DNA of 64,000 bases, taken from positions 39,804,001-39,868,000 of the forward strand of contig NC_043015.1 in NCBI RefSeq assembly GCF_006345805.1. Direction: 5' to 3'. The notes beneath the pieces are model-generated. The model was not told where the DNA came from. It saw only the letters and a list, made by a program, of their open reading frames with translations, and did no database searches. Shown in pieces: positions 11,235 through 23,659 of this stretch. How positions within the stretch are numbered: the stretch's first letter is position 1; every line of letters starts with the position of its first letter. The DNA comes from Octopus sinensis (Eukaryota). Both the position numbers and the translations under genes were made by a program.

Positions 11235-11755
11235 TAGTCTGTTACACATTGTGACACAACATTTGTCATCCTGTTATACTTTGTGACACATAAAGGAACT
11301 CTTATCCTCTTGTTACACATTGTGACACATTTGTCATCCTGTTACACTTTGTGACACAACATAAAGAAACTCCCATCATCCTGTTACATATTGTCACACA
11401 ACATTTGTCATTCTGTTACACTTTGTGACACAACACAAAGGAACTCCTATCTTCCTGTTACACATTGTGACACAACATTTGTCATCCTGTTACACTTTGT
11501 GACACAACATAAAGGAACTCCCATCCTCCTGTTGCACATTGTGACACAACATTTGTCATCCTGTTACACTTTGTGACACAACATAAAGGAACTCCCATCC
11601 TCCTGTTACACATTGTGACACATTTCTCATTCTGTTACACTTTGTGACAACATAAAGAAACTTATCCTCTTGTTACACATTGTGACACAACATTTGTCAT
11701 CATGTTACACTTTGTGACACAACATAAAGGAACTCCCATCCTCCTGTCACACATT
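11235..11755. repeat. Bipartite ~72-75-bp minisatellite
   Basis: CTGTTACAC(A/T)TTGTGACACAACAT core alternating with TTGTCATC and AAAGGAACTCCCATCCTC spacers. Confidence 0.9.
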
Positions 11756-11940
11756 GTTGCATGACATATTGTATGACGAAATTCCCTTTTTCCTGTCACA
11801 TTTTATAACACAACAAACTTTGAAAGGTCCCTCATTGCCCTCACTGCCCCACCCTCTCAATTGATCCTGTCCCTAACCCCACTCCTCATATGCTGTTCTG
11901 TTAAACTGACAGGTGTATATATATATTCTATTTTTGACAG

Positions 11941-12119
11941 GTGAAAATTAATTTACCAACGCAGTTACATGACAAGCATCACCTTTTGTTTCGTTTCTAC
12001 CATGTTAGCTGTGAGTCTTCCAAGACGAGTCCGAGAAACTCGTCTGCCTCCTCCAAGAAGAAAGATAATATAGAAACTGCCATCGGTTATGCTTGGTTGC
12101 CACTCTTGAGGGGTGGAAA
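11941..12119 (+). CDS. DOCK9: DOCK9-like exon 8 (DHR1), phase 0-2
   Basis: tgacag|GTGAAA...GGAAA|gtaagt; VKINLPTQLHDKHHLLFRFYHVSC...IGYAWLPLLRGG. Confidence 0.95.
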
Positions 12120-13271
12120 GTAAGTTTTACTATTTTGAATATTTATTTCAGCTCTTTGAGATTTTGGGGTCATTCTTTTCCAGTTCTTTTCCAGGAACTT
12201 TTCCAATATCAGTTTTTTTTTTTATGTTGAGAATCTCATTACTCGATTAGTTGTTAATCGAGTCTGTTTCTTGTATCGTTAATGTTTATAGTGTTGGCCT
12301 CCTTAATTAATGTCCTCTTAGCAATAAAAGGGTTCTCTGTTGATAAGAATGGTAGGTTATGACATAGAGGTGTGAAAGGTAGAATTCAGGCATGTGCCAT
12401 CAGTAATTACTCAGGGTAGGCAGTTGGTTGTCTTTATGTAGTAAAACACACAAAAAATAAGCAAAACACAGGTGCCTGACTGAGTTGGAGGCAAATTTAC
12501 TTCTGACTTTATAGCATGTAAAGAAAACATTGTTGTAGGAATGTACACAGCATGTGTACTACAGCAGTGCTATGTGTAGCTTAAATACTGAGATTGAAAG
12601 CCAGGGGCGAATTATGCCTACCTAATCTATGAAAATATAAAATGTTTTGCATTTTATGCATAGTAATCAGAGTAACCTTCATAATTTTATTGAATTAGGT
12701 GCATATTTTGCCATAAATGGAAAATGTTGTTATTGATCTATTTTATTCAAGGTAGGCACTGCCTATCTTGCCTACCTAGGCAGCATGTCCCTGGTAAGAT
12801 TCTATTGGGAAGTGAAACTCCTTGAGGCCTGTGTAACAAATGGTGGGGAGTAAATTAATTGTGATGTTTTGGATGTGGGAAGTTGTGAGAGTCTTTGAGT
12901 TGCAGCTGAGACAATTTGCTCTTGCTAAAGATATTGACCAATAAGGTGGTCAGATGGCAGAATTGTTATCACTCCTGGCAGAATGATTGGTGGTATTTTG
13001 TCTGTCTTAACACTCTGAGTTCAAGTTTCACCGAGGTCAACTTTGCCTTTCATTGTTTTTTATTTGGTGGGGGCGACAAAGTAAGTACCAGTTGAGTACT
13101 GGGGTTGATGTAATTGACTTACCCCACCTCCACCAGACTTGCTGGCCTTGTGCCAAAATTTGAAACCAATATTAATATAACACAAAGGAGTAAGCTCGCT
13201 GAATCATTAAGACGCTGGGCAAAAATGCTAAGCATGCTCTGAGTTCAAATTCCACCAAGGTTGACTGCCTT

Positions 13272-13450
13272 TCATCATCATCATCGTTTAACGTCTATTT
13301 TCCATGCTGGCATGGGTTGGACGGTTTGACTGAGGTCTGGAAAGCCAGCAGCTGCACCAGGCTCCAATCTGATCTGGCAATGTTTCTACAGCTAGATGCC
13401 CTTCCTTATGCCAACCACTCCGAGAGTGTAGTGGGTGCTTTTTATGTGCC
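13272..13450 (-). mobile_element. RTE 3'-tail fragment nested inside a tRNA-derived SINE
   Basis: CATCATCATCGTTTAACGTC... interrupts the SINE at GCCTTTCATC; SINE resumes at AAATAAGTACCAGTT (~13457). Confidence 0.75.
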
Positions 13451-13965
13451 TTCAATAAAATAAGTACCAGTTATGCACTGGGGTCGATGTAATCAAATTA
13501 TCCCTCACCCAAAAATTGCTAGCCTTGTTTCAAAATTTGAAACCAGTATTATATGGGTATTTGTTGCTTCTTTGTGAATGCAAATACAGCAACAGTGTTA
13601 ATGTAGGGCGGTGGGAGGGGGGTGTTGAGGTGTAGAGCCTGGTTGACTATGATTGAACGAACCCAGAATAAAAGTCATTCCAGTCATGTCTTTCCCACCT
13701 TTCAGTTTGTCTATAACCACACACACACACACAGAATCAAACTTTCCATTGCTTTAACATATAATATTGATTGTATCTTGTTGTTTGTATCAGTCATTAG
13801 ATATTAGAGTCTGAGGATATCATAATACACGATACACCCTTTCTCCATAGCGTATTTAATTTCTTAATCATTACCAATTATCTGCAGTAAATACTTAATG
13901 GTCGTTATAAACCACTTATTACCCGTGTTACTAACCACTGTCTTTATTTTCTATCCTCTTTACAG

Positions 13966-14053
13966 ACTTGCTTCAGAAAATCCAGACCCTTTACCCATCG
14001 CAGCCAACCTACCTGCCGGTTACCTGTCGCATGATATGGTAGCAAGTGGCAAG
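13966..14053 (+). CDS. DOCK9: DOCK9-like exon 9 (DHR1), phase 2-0
   Basis: ttacag|ACTTGC...GGCAAG|gtgagt; LASENPDPLPIAANLPAGYLSHDMVASGK. Confidence 0.93.
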
Positions 14054-14487
14054 GTGAGTCTTCTCAACACTATTTTCTATAATTGACTTTGAGACAATCA
14101 GACTTTGTATGTTTGTGCGATGGAAGGAAATAAGACTTGTTCTGGTATTCCAAAATAATCTTTCCTACTCTAGGCACAAGGCCCAAAATTTTAGGCGAGG
14201 GGGGGCCAGTCGATTAGATCGACTCCAGTATGCAACTGGTACTTAATTTGACCCCAGAAGACATTCAAAGCAGTAAGTTATTTTCGGACCAGGGGCCTGT
14301 TCTAAATGTTTACAACAAAGTCAATTCCCTTGATGATACCCAGAGCTGGGCAGAGCCCTTAAATTTACCACCCAACAATAGATATCTCTGATAGACTTCT
14401 ATATTTTTCAATCTACCCAGATTCCACGACATGGTTTTGGTGGATTCAGGCTTATGGTAATTCACACCCAAGCTGCAAAGCAGTAAG

Positions 14488-14645
14488 ATTGAACTCAGAA
14501 CAATCTGATTCAAAAAGGGACCATTTTAAATACCAGACTAAGGCCACATCCAATATGCTGGTCAGGATTGAACTTGGAACAATCTGATTCAAAAAGGGAC
14601 CATTTTAAATACTAGACGAAGGCCGCATCCAGTATACTGGTCAGT
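14488..14645. repeat. 79-bp tandem duplication
   Basis: ATTGAACT..GAACAATCTGATTCAAAAAGGGACCATTTTAAATAC at 14488 and 14567. Confidence 0.9.
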
Positions 14646-14859
14646 AGGCTTGACCGTCTCACCATGACAATATACTGACCACTGGAATTGCGTATAAAGT
14701 TTCACAAGAGGGATGTAACTCTCCTTGTTTCCCCTCACGTATACTCGTCACGTATTGCTCAATATAAACAGCTCTATATCCAATCATCTCTGTTGCTCTT
14801 ATTGCCGGTTCAATGCTAGACATAAGTCTTATCCTTCATCTTTATTCCTCTTATTACAG

Positions 14860-14946
14860 GTAATGTGTCCTGAAATAAAATGGGTCGATGGCAAGAAAGA
14901 ACTACTGAAGGTCAATCTCAGATTGAAATCCACAATATACACAAAG
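14860..14946 (+). CDS. DOCK9: DOCK9-like exon 10 (end of DHR1), phase 0-0
   Basis: ttacag|GTAATG...ACAAAG|gtaagt; VMCPEIKWVDGKKELLKVNLRLKSTIYTK. Confidence 0.94.
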
Positions 14947-15378
14947 GTAAGTTGCATTACTTGTTGTCCTTTAATCCCAAGTTAGCCTTAATCTGGCAGA
15001 TTTATATTCCCAGATATTCCACCCATGATCATCCAGCCTTTTAGTCTGATATAGTATCTAAATAAAAGATGTTGATCACCAAGGTAATGTTTTCTTGTGA
15101 TTTTGTACTGCAAACTGTCGTCATATGGTTAAAATGTTGGACTCCTCACTACACCGCCATGGGTTCCAACCCCACAAGAACTCTTGTAGAGTGTTCTCTG
15201 GCAATACATGTTATGCTACTTTCCCCTGTCTATCTTGCTGATAAAAGGGTTCCATTTCTACGTGAGGGTGTCAGAGATGTCTGTGTAATGTGTTTTCCTT
15301 TATAAAACTGAAATCTTATGGCTTTGATAGACTTACCACTGAAATACAAAACTGTGAGATTTTAATAATAATAATAAA

Positions 15379-15960
15379 TGCCCTGATGCAGTACCAGGCA
15401 GTGGCCTCTCATGGCTTCTGGTCTTCACTGATTGGAAGTGTTATCATGTACATTGTTTTGTCTTGGTATAAAAGATGGGCTACAGCAAATATTCTGCTCA
15501 ATACCACAGATTTGCTTGTCAGTTGTTTGACCTTAACCAGTTGAGCATGCCCCTTAGTGGCTGACGATATGTGCATCTCTGATCACGAGCAGAAGTAGTG
15601 GGGGAGCATCATAGCCATGTGTTGAGAGGGATTCTTTGGGGTTTGACTAATTCACCTCTGGAAACATGGGTGTTTCGTTCAACATCCTTAAACAACCCTT
15701 ATTCAGGGACCTTTTGAGCGGGATGGGCTACTTGACCAGAAGAAAATTCTAACTGGGACCCACCTGCAGGATCATGCGCTATTTATCTTGATATGAGATG
15801 ACCATGTCGCGCACATATGGTTGTGATGCATGTGCCTGGTGTACCTTTATCAGACGGGTTGTCATGATGGGTATACTGGGCTTCGTATATTTTACCCCAG
15901 TGTCACTTTGATGGCATGCACTGCTCTCTCACTCAGTAATAATAATAATAATAATAATAA
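15379..15960 (+). mobile_element. Probable 3' end of a non-LTR element with (TAA)n tail
   Basis: Non-coding, GC-richer block ending CTCTCTCACTCAG(TAA)n, immediately upstream of the exon 11 acceptor; family not named. Confidence 0.5.
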
Positions 15961-15984
15961 TGATGATAATCTTTCTGCTTGTAG

Positions 15985-16077
15985 GATCAACATTTGTACA
16001 ATTTCTTTGTACATTGCCAAAAACTGGAAAATAACTTCTCCCCAACTGTAGAAAGCGAAACAACTAATAAATTGAAG
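15985..16077 (+). CDS. DOCK9: DOCK9-like exon 11, phase 0-0
   Basis: ttgtag|GATCAA...TTGAAG|gtaaga; DQHLYNFFVHCQKLENNFSPTVESETTNKLK. Confidence 0.93.
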
Positions 16078-16412
16078 GTAAGAACTTGTGTCTTTGGTTC
16101 CTGTCGATAAATCATTTCTATGTCTTCATTATGTATGATTCTCTGCTGAACATGTTAGACTCTAAAGCTCAATAATGCCATCAATATTGCAATGGCAGAA
16201 TGTTAAGCTTGCATGACACATTCTCAGTTTGGTCAGTCAACTTGCAGTGATTGTTGCTTTCTCTTCTCTAGTATCTCCAAATATTCTTCTTTTCTTCTTC
16301 TCATTCTTCTCTTCTTTCTCCTTGTCTTCTCATTAATATTATTATTGCTTCTGCTGTTGGTATTGTTGTTGTTGTTATTCAGAACCAATTATGAAGTTCT
16401 AAACATAGAAGC

Positions 16413-16442
<30 letters not shown>

Positions 16443-16445
<3 letters not shown>

Positions 16446-16850
16446 CTATTTATTTATTTATTTATTTATAGTGTTGTTTGTTGAAACGTAGTGATTAAAA
16501 TGATAAAACTGTATGTTAGAAGGTTTCAACAATGCGGTTGGAAATTTAAACATCAATAAGATGGGAAACAAACATATTGAAATGTTACCGTAAAAACATT
16601 TAATAGTCCTGATGTTTCAAGCATAAAAACTTCTTTATGAAGAGTTAAGGGAACTACAGGGAGGCAGAGGAAGAAAGAGAGAGAGGGAGAGTAAATGAAT
16701 GTATGAATGTCTCTTTGGATTGATATCTTAGCATTCATCAATATGCTAACTGAAATTACATCATGTAACAAATCCAGTGCAGTAAATGCACCAGATGTCA
16801 GGTCAGCAGCACAATTTGGTCCTTACACATTGAGAATCAGAGAATACCCT

Positions 16851-16906
<56 letters not shown>

Positions 16907-17422
16907 ATGTGTCACTGTTGATAAGACGTTGATAATTAAAAGAATATTAACAAGGAAAATGTGGTCACCATTTAAGTCATAAATTATAATATTGGTAACC
17001 TGAGGATCAACGAAGCCATCCTGATTAAGAAAACCAACCAACTATTTATATTCAACATGAATGAGGTGGCTGTTATTGCTACTTTTGTGAGACTCAGTAT
17101 TGAACCCTGATCTCTACTTGTACATATATGACAACAGCAGCTTCTTCATATTTGATAACCCATCAAACACAATTACTATCCTAGTCTCCATATCCTCAAC
17201 ACACCTAGTCAGAATTTTTCTCTCACATGGCCACATTGCCAACCTAGGTTATTCATTTTCTCTCTCTAATCAGTTCACTTAGACCTCCATAAAGCGGTTT
17301 TAATATCCAGAATATCAGGATTTAAATACTAGTTTAAGGTAAAAATTTGGCATCTTTGTTCTTAAAGATATTCTACTTCCAACTGCATTAAGTGTAATCT
17401 TCTAACACATTATTATTATTAC

Positions 17423-17456
<34 letters not shown>

Positions 17457-17868
17457 TATTATCTATTTATTTATTTATTTATTTATAGTGTTGTTTGTTG
17501 AAACGTAGTGATTAAAATGATAAAACTGTATGTTAGAAGGTTTCAACAATGCGGTTGGAAATTTAAACATCAATAAGATGGGAAACAAACATATTGAAAT
17601 GTTACCGTAAAAACATTTAATAGTCCTGATGTTTCAAGCATAAAAACTTCTTTATGAAGAGTTAAGGGAACTACAGGGAGGCAGAGGAAGAAAGAGAGAG
17701 AGGGAGAGTAAATGAATGTATGAATGTCTCTTTGGATTGATATCTTAGCATTCATCAATATGCTAACTGAAATTACATCATGTAACAAATCCAGTGCAGT
17801 AAATGCACCAGATGTCAGGTCAGCAGCACAATTTGGTCCTTACACATTGAGAATCAGAGAATACCCTC

Positions 17869-17899
<31 letters not shown>

Positions 17900-18416
17900 A
17901 TGTGTCACTGTTGATAAGACGTTGATAATTAAAAGAATATTAACAAGGAAAATGTGGTCACCATTTAAGTCATAAATTATAATATTGGTAACCTGAGGAT
18001 CAACGAAGCCATCCTGATTAAGAAAACCAACCAACTATTTATATTCAACATGAATGAGGTGGCTGTTATTGCTACTTTTGTGAGACTCAGTATTGAACCC
18101 TGATCTCTACTTGTACATATATGACAACAGCAGCTTCTTCATATTTGATAACCCATCAAACACAAATTACTATCCTAGTCTCCATATCCTCAACACACCT
18201 AGTCAGAATTTTTCTCTCACATGGCCACATTGCCAACCTAGGTTATTCATTTTCTCTCTCTAATCAGTTCACTTAGACCTCCATAAAGCGGTTTTAATAT
18301 CCAGAATATCAGGATTTAAATACTAGTTTAAGGTAAAAATTTGGCATCTTTGTTCTTAAAGATATTCTACTTCCAACTGCATTAAGTGTAATCTTCTAAC
18401 ACATTATTATTATTAC

Positions 18417-18454
<38 letters not shown>
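16443..18454. repeat. ~1 kb direct tandem duplication bounded by (ATT)n
   Basis: Identical ORFs 16553-16771 and 17570-17788 (offset 1017); copies differ by ~24 bp of (CA)n and a 1-bp indel. Confidence 0.95.
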
Positions 18455-18456
<2 letters not shown>

Positions 18457-19342
18457 CACTTGTAAAATATGTTGTATCATTATTACATGTGCTGTTATTC
18501 TTGTTAATCATGTGATATCAATGTTACCATGCATGAAAGCCTCCTATTCCCTGCCTGGTGATGTTGTTATGCACCCATCGATGTCAGTCTGTGGATGAGG
18601 CTCAGTCTAAACCATTTGGAATCGGTACAAACTCACTTTTGAGAACTGTTCATTGTACAGTGTCTCACTACTTCCAGTTTTTCCACCTGTTTTTACCAAG
18701 TTTCAATATAGACAACGATGAAAGCCTCCAAATCACTTCACTATAGAATTAGTTGATTGCAAAATATTAAGATTTAGTTTAAGTTACGGCGGAAGTTTGA
18801 AGGCTAAAATGGTAAATCATTCTGTTTTGATGCCAAACTCCACCCCACAAAGAATATCGAATAGAGAACTTCCTCTCTTGAAGTCTTGTATTATGATTCC
18901 ATTCTCATCTGAAACGTATTAAGAATATCAAATCGACCACGGTATTTGACTGGTACCGTATTTTATCAACCTCAATTTTTACCATTTTTCACCTTTGCTT
19001 CCCTGCTCTGAGGATTCTTCACAACTCAGAGGAAACTGGTGAATGACTGGTTGATGTCTTCGTGCCAATCATGGTGGATCTTTTTGCAGTGGAAACACCC
19101 TGACATCAAAAATAGAAAAGAGATTGTGCCATTTGTGTTTGTGTTAGCAAACTTCTATTCACAAAACCAACACAACTTTGAAACACACACACACACACAC
19201 CACACCACACCACACCATACCATACCACACACACAAACACGAAGAAGTTTAGAAGTAGCATTGATAGGCCATGTCTGTCCACTAGAATTTCTGACCAATT
19301 GTTTAGTTATAAACCCTACTTCAAATTTTGTGCTTTGGTTAG

Positions 19343-19396
19343 CCTGAAAATGGGCGTGTCACAGATGATGCAGCTCACCACCTAAATGCCATAAAG
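19343..19396 (+). CDS. DOCK9: Candidate 54-nt symmetric cassette exon of the DOCK9-like gene, phase 0-0
   Basis: ttttgtgctttggttag|CCTGAA...ATAAAG|gtaagt; open frame PENGRVTDDAAHHLNAIK; phases match flanking exons; no counterpart in vertebrate DOCK9 as I recall it. Confidence 0.6.
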
Positions 19397-19866
19397 GTAA
19401 GTTGCTAGACTCTCTCTCTCTCTTTTTCTTTCTCTCTCTTTTTCTCTCTCTATAACTCTCTCTCTCTCTCTCTTTAACTCTCTTGCATCATGCACTTCCG
19501 TAGCCTCATTGCTGCACTGTAACTGCACTGTCACAAACTCTACCATAGATTTCTGCAGTCTTCTTTAGACCTTAGACATGTCTCATTAGATGAACGCCAT
19601 AGTCTTTTAGTTCCCCCAGCCTCCCTCCCTCCCTCATCTGTTTCCATGACTTCTGTAGTAAACATTGATCAAACCACCGATGTTGTCCTTGTGTGTTTAG
19701 TATTTACACTAAATTTCATTTCAGTATATTCTATGAGTGTCTTCAGGTTCTCCCGTTTTAGAGGTAAACATTTCCTTGGACTACATTTGGGCTTTTGATT
19801 CCTTATGTACATCATATGGGTCCAAAATTCTTACCTATTATGCAGCTGAAAAAATGATTCAATATA

Positions 19867-20929
19867 CAGGGGTTGGACAAAGTAATGGAAGCACCTTAAA
19901 ATTTCAAACAAATTTATTTTAATATGGGGCAGGACAACCTTTGGCAGTAATTACAGCTTGAATTCTACGAGGTTTGGACTTGTACAAAGTTTAGATTGTT
20001 TCCAAAGGAATTTTTGTCCATTCTTCAGCTAAAACAGTCTCCAGTTCTTGTAGTGATGATGGTGGAGGGTATCGACTCCTTACTTGTTTTTCTAAAATGC
20101 ACCATAAATGTTCAATAATATTGAGATCTGGGAACTGTGGTGGCCAGATAAGATGTTCAACTTCACTAGAATGTTCCTCGTGCCATTCAGTAACAACTTT
20201 AGCTGTAAGAATTGGTGCATTATCATCCTGTAATATTACGTTTCCCTCCGAAAACAGTTCCTCAACCATAGGATGAATTTGGCCAGATAAAATGCTTAAA
20301 TAGTCTTGACTATTAATTCTGCCTTGAAGGGAAACCATTGAGCCAGCAGATTCCCAAGATATAGCCCACCAGATCATCACAGATCCTCCTCCGTCTTTAA
20401 CAGTTGGAAGAAGGCAGTCTGGGTCAAATGCTTCTCAACTGTCTCCACATGTGTACTCAGCCGGTGGTTGGAAATAAGGTAAAGGATGACTCCTCTGAGA
20501 AAATGACCTTCTTCCACTGCTCTAGGGACCAATTCTGTAGGTTTTTACTCCACTCTAAACAGTTTGCAACATTTGTTTTTGAAAGTAGGGATTTTCTGAT
20601 TGCAGCCCTCTCGTGAAATCCGGTTTTTGCACAGCTCCTGGTGAACAGTTTTTGTGGAAACTGGGTTCTTGAGGTGGTCATTAAGCTCTGCAGTAATTTT
20701 GGGAGCTGTACTTTTGAAAGTCCGATAGATCTGTCATTTTAATGAATTTTAATTACCTTTTTCTGATGATATCTGAAAAGAAACAGCAATTTTAGCAAAA
20801 CATATTAAGCAACACTAATAATAAATTTAAAAAAAACATAAAAATAAACAAGCTTTTGGTGGTTTTATAGATATTTTAAAATTATGATGTTGTGATTCTA
20901 GGTGTTTCCGTTATTTTGTCCAACCCCTG
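19867..20929 (-). mobile_element. Internally deleted Tc1-family DNA transposon with DD36E spacing
   Basis: TA|CAGGGGTTGGACAAA...TTGTCCAACCCCTG|TA (~30-bp TIRs, TA TSD); transposase pieces KKVIFSEESSF, QDDNAP...WPPQFPDLNIIEHLW with 36 residues between D and E. Confidence 0.9.
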
Positions 20930-21924
20930 TATATAAAATATGTATAAATGTGTGTGTGTGTGTGTGTGTGTGTATAGTTATATAAATGTGTATCTATGTG
21001 CAGGTGGTCAAAAACTAGTATCTATAGTAACATGAAGGTTAAGGCCGTTTATCTCTCTCTCCCAGATCAGTTGTTACTACTCCAACCACACAAACAGTTA
21101 CCATAATTTGTCACTAGCAAACCTGTCTCCATCCCCCCATTTCCCCCTCCTCCTCCTCCTTACTCTTCCCTTGTTTATTTAGTGACCGGTTGTTAGTTTT
21201 GTACATAATTATGTTGGGTTTTTTTTATATTTTCATCTGTAATTACCAATGAATTTACTGCACGACCCTGTTGTCATAGCAACCAACTCGGTTGGGATGA
21301 CATTTCTTTTCATTTATTCATGTGAAAATAGAAATTATCTTTGATGGCTTCCTACTTCATCTGCTGCCACTGAGACTCACAGATCGTTAAGTGGGTGTGT
21401 GTGTAGGCACACACCACATATGCATATGTGCACACAATTCGCGTGCACGTGTGTGTGTATATATGTGTGTATATATATATATGTGTATATACATATATTT
21501 GTGATGTATCTCACAGCTGTAGGATGTCTATCAATACAAGATTAATATGTAATGACAGCCAGTCTTTTATCATATGTGTGGTGTTGGGCAGTAAGAAGTT
21601 TGCTTCCCAACCACATGGGTCTGGGTTCAATTCCACTGTGTGACACCTTGGGCAAGTGTCTTCTACTGAGTCTCGAGCCAACCAAAGCCTGTCTCTCTGC
21701 ATTTGTCCCCCACCCCCACCCTCCCCCCACTGCTTGGCAACCAGTGTTGATGTGTTTATGTCCCCGGTTCTGCAAAAGAGTCTTTTAGGCTTAGTACCAA
21801 AGATAAGCGTTGGGGTCAATTTGTTTGACTAGAGTTCTTCAAGGCAGTGCTCCAGCATGGCCACATGTCTAATGACTGAAACAAGTAAAAGATAAAAGAT
21901 ATAACTTGCATGTGTGTACATGCA

Positions 21925-21972
<48 letters not shown>

Positions 21973-22643
21973 GTTGTGGTATATCATTATATGACAAGTG
22001 TGTGTGTGTGTGTGATGTCAAGCAGTTACAAGACTGTTATCCATATATAACCATGTAGAGATGAAATAAAATATTAGTCTCACTACTACCGTTGCTAACT
22101 TTAGCATTGTATTAGAATCCTGTAATTAATCCTGTAATTAAATCTGTGAAGACAATCCTACTTTAGAGGCTTCCTCTGTTTCACTACCCTTTCTTTTAGA
22201 ATGTAGTTCTGTCAGTTTAGTTAATTCCTACCTTGGTAGCATGAGTTGTTTGCCCTTTGTTAATATGCTCCTCCTTTAGATGTAGTCTCCTATGACACAT
22301 CTGTGTCTTTTATACTGAAGATCTCTCACTTTAGTTATTGAAACTCAGCCTTGCTGCAAGTGGCCATTGCATTTCAACCTTTTTCAAATTTTTGTTTCAT
22401 TTTTCAGTTTTACTTTTCAGCTTCAAAGTTCAGCTTCCTAACTTGGTGAGATATTTTTACACTGACCAATGGGAATACAGGCTAAGATCACCAGATCTTG
22501 ATGTATTTCTTATGTTTCTGGATCAATCTCCCTTATTTGTGTGGTCCTTTGGCTGGGTAAATCTGGTGACAGGGTTGTTTAGTAGGATGAGTAAGATTGG
22601 CAAAATATAGCTGCTTATTTTGCTTGCTTGCTTTTGTTGGTTT

Positions 22644-22674
<31 letters not shown>

Positions 22675-23427
22675 ACACACCTTACTATCACTGTTCTTAC
22701 TCACATGCGATCACTCATTTTTATGGCTCTCCCATCATGCAGCGTCTTGCTTTTTTCTAAGTCAACCTCCTTACCAACAACCATCATCTAGCTACCACTG
22801 ACTCTCATTACATCCTTCTCTCCCCACCAACCTCATTCTTTTTCATCTTCCACTCTCTTAATCTTCACCCTCTCCTCTAGTCTCCCTCAAGTTCACATTT
22901 GCTTTCAACCAATAGAGACATCATAAAGCAAAGAGGACTCCTTAGTCATACAGAGATAAGACTACCTCATTTGTGATGAGGTCAATATAGAATATACCAA
23001 GTACATTATGTAAATTGATTGGTGATTGGAAGGGTCTCCAGTTGCAGTAATTCTTGCTGTAAATAGAATGTAGGAAGGTAATTATTCTAAATAACTCGCT
23101 CAGATAATGAGGACCTGTCCAACCTATGCTAATGAGGAAAGCAGGCATAGAATGATGATGATAATCAAGATGACGATATACAAACCCAGTTGATTAGCCC
23201 TGTTCTAGTTCATCTGGTGTAGCTGTAGTGTACACTTTCATTCCAGATATTTCAAAACAGTTTACCGTTCCTGTGATAGTGAATCCTTTCAAGAACATTC
23301 TTGACAAATCACATGACCTGATGAGTAACAATTCTCTGTATGATAGGTCAAAGGTCATTGAGTATAACATCCACTGACAATATATCTATCACATGCACTA
23401 TGTATATACACTGACAGTGTAGAGTCT

Positions 23428-23561
23428 AGGACATTTACTCCCCATGGACAATACCCCCCCCCCCAGGGACAACAGATGATGATTTAAAACTTCTTAATAT
23501 ATTGGAGAGGAAGTAATTAACCAAGGGGGTGATTGTTGTCAGGGGGGGGGAGAATTGTCCT
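23428..23561. mobile_element. Small MITE-like inverted repeat element
   Basis: AGGACATTTACTCCCC ... GGGGAGAATTGTCCT imperfect TIRs plus internal C/G runs. Confidence 0.45.
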
Positions 23562-23659
23562 GATACGAACAGTGTATGCACAATATACACCATATTTGTA
23601 TCACTGTTATTCTGTATATCACTATATATCCTGAGCTAGTTTTCCACCACATTTCTTAA

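Noticed and set aside
11235-11755. Repeat-spacer appearance suggestive of CRISPR
   Set aside because: Spacers are themselves repeated and the context is a eukaryotic intron; it is a minisatellite.
12601-12795. Possible hAT/Tip100-like MITE (CCAGGG...CCCTGG, TGCCTACC motifs)
   Set aside because: TIR match too short and no TSD.
16406-16420. ATAGAAGCCATTATT shared with ~63749
   Set aside because: Only ~9 non-microsatellite bases are shared; may be chance.
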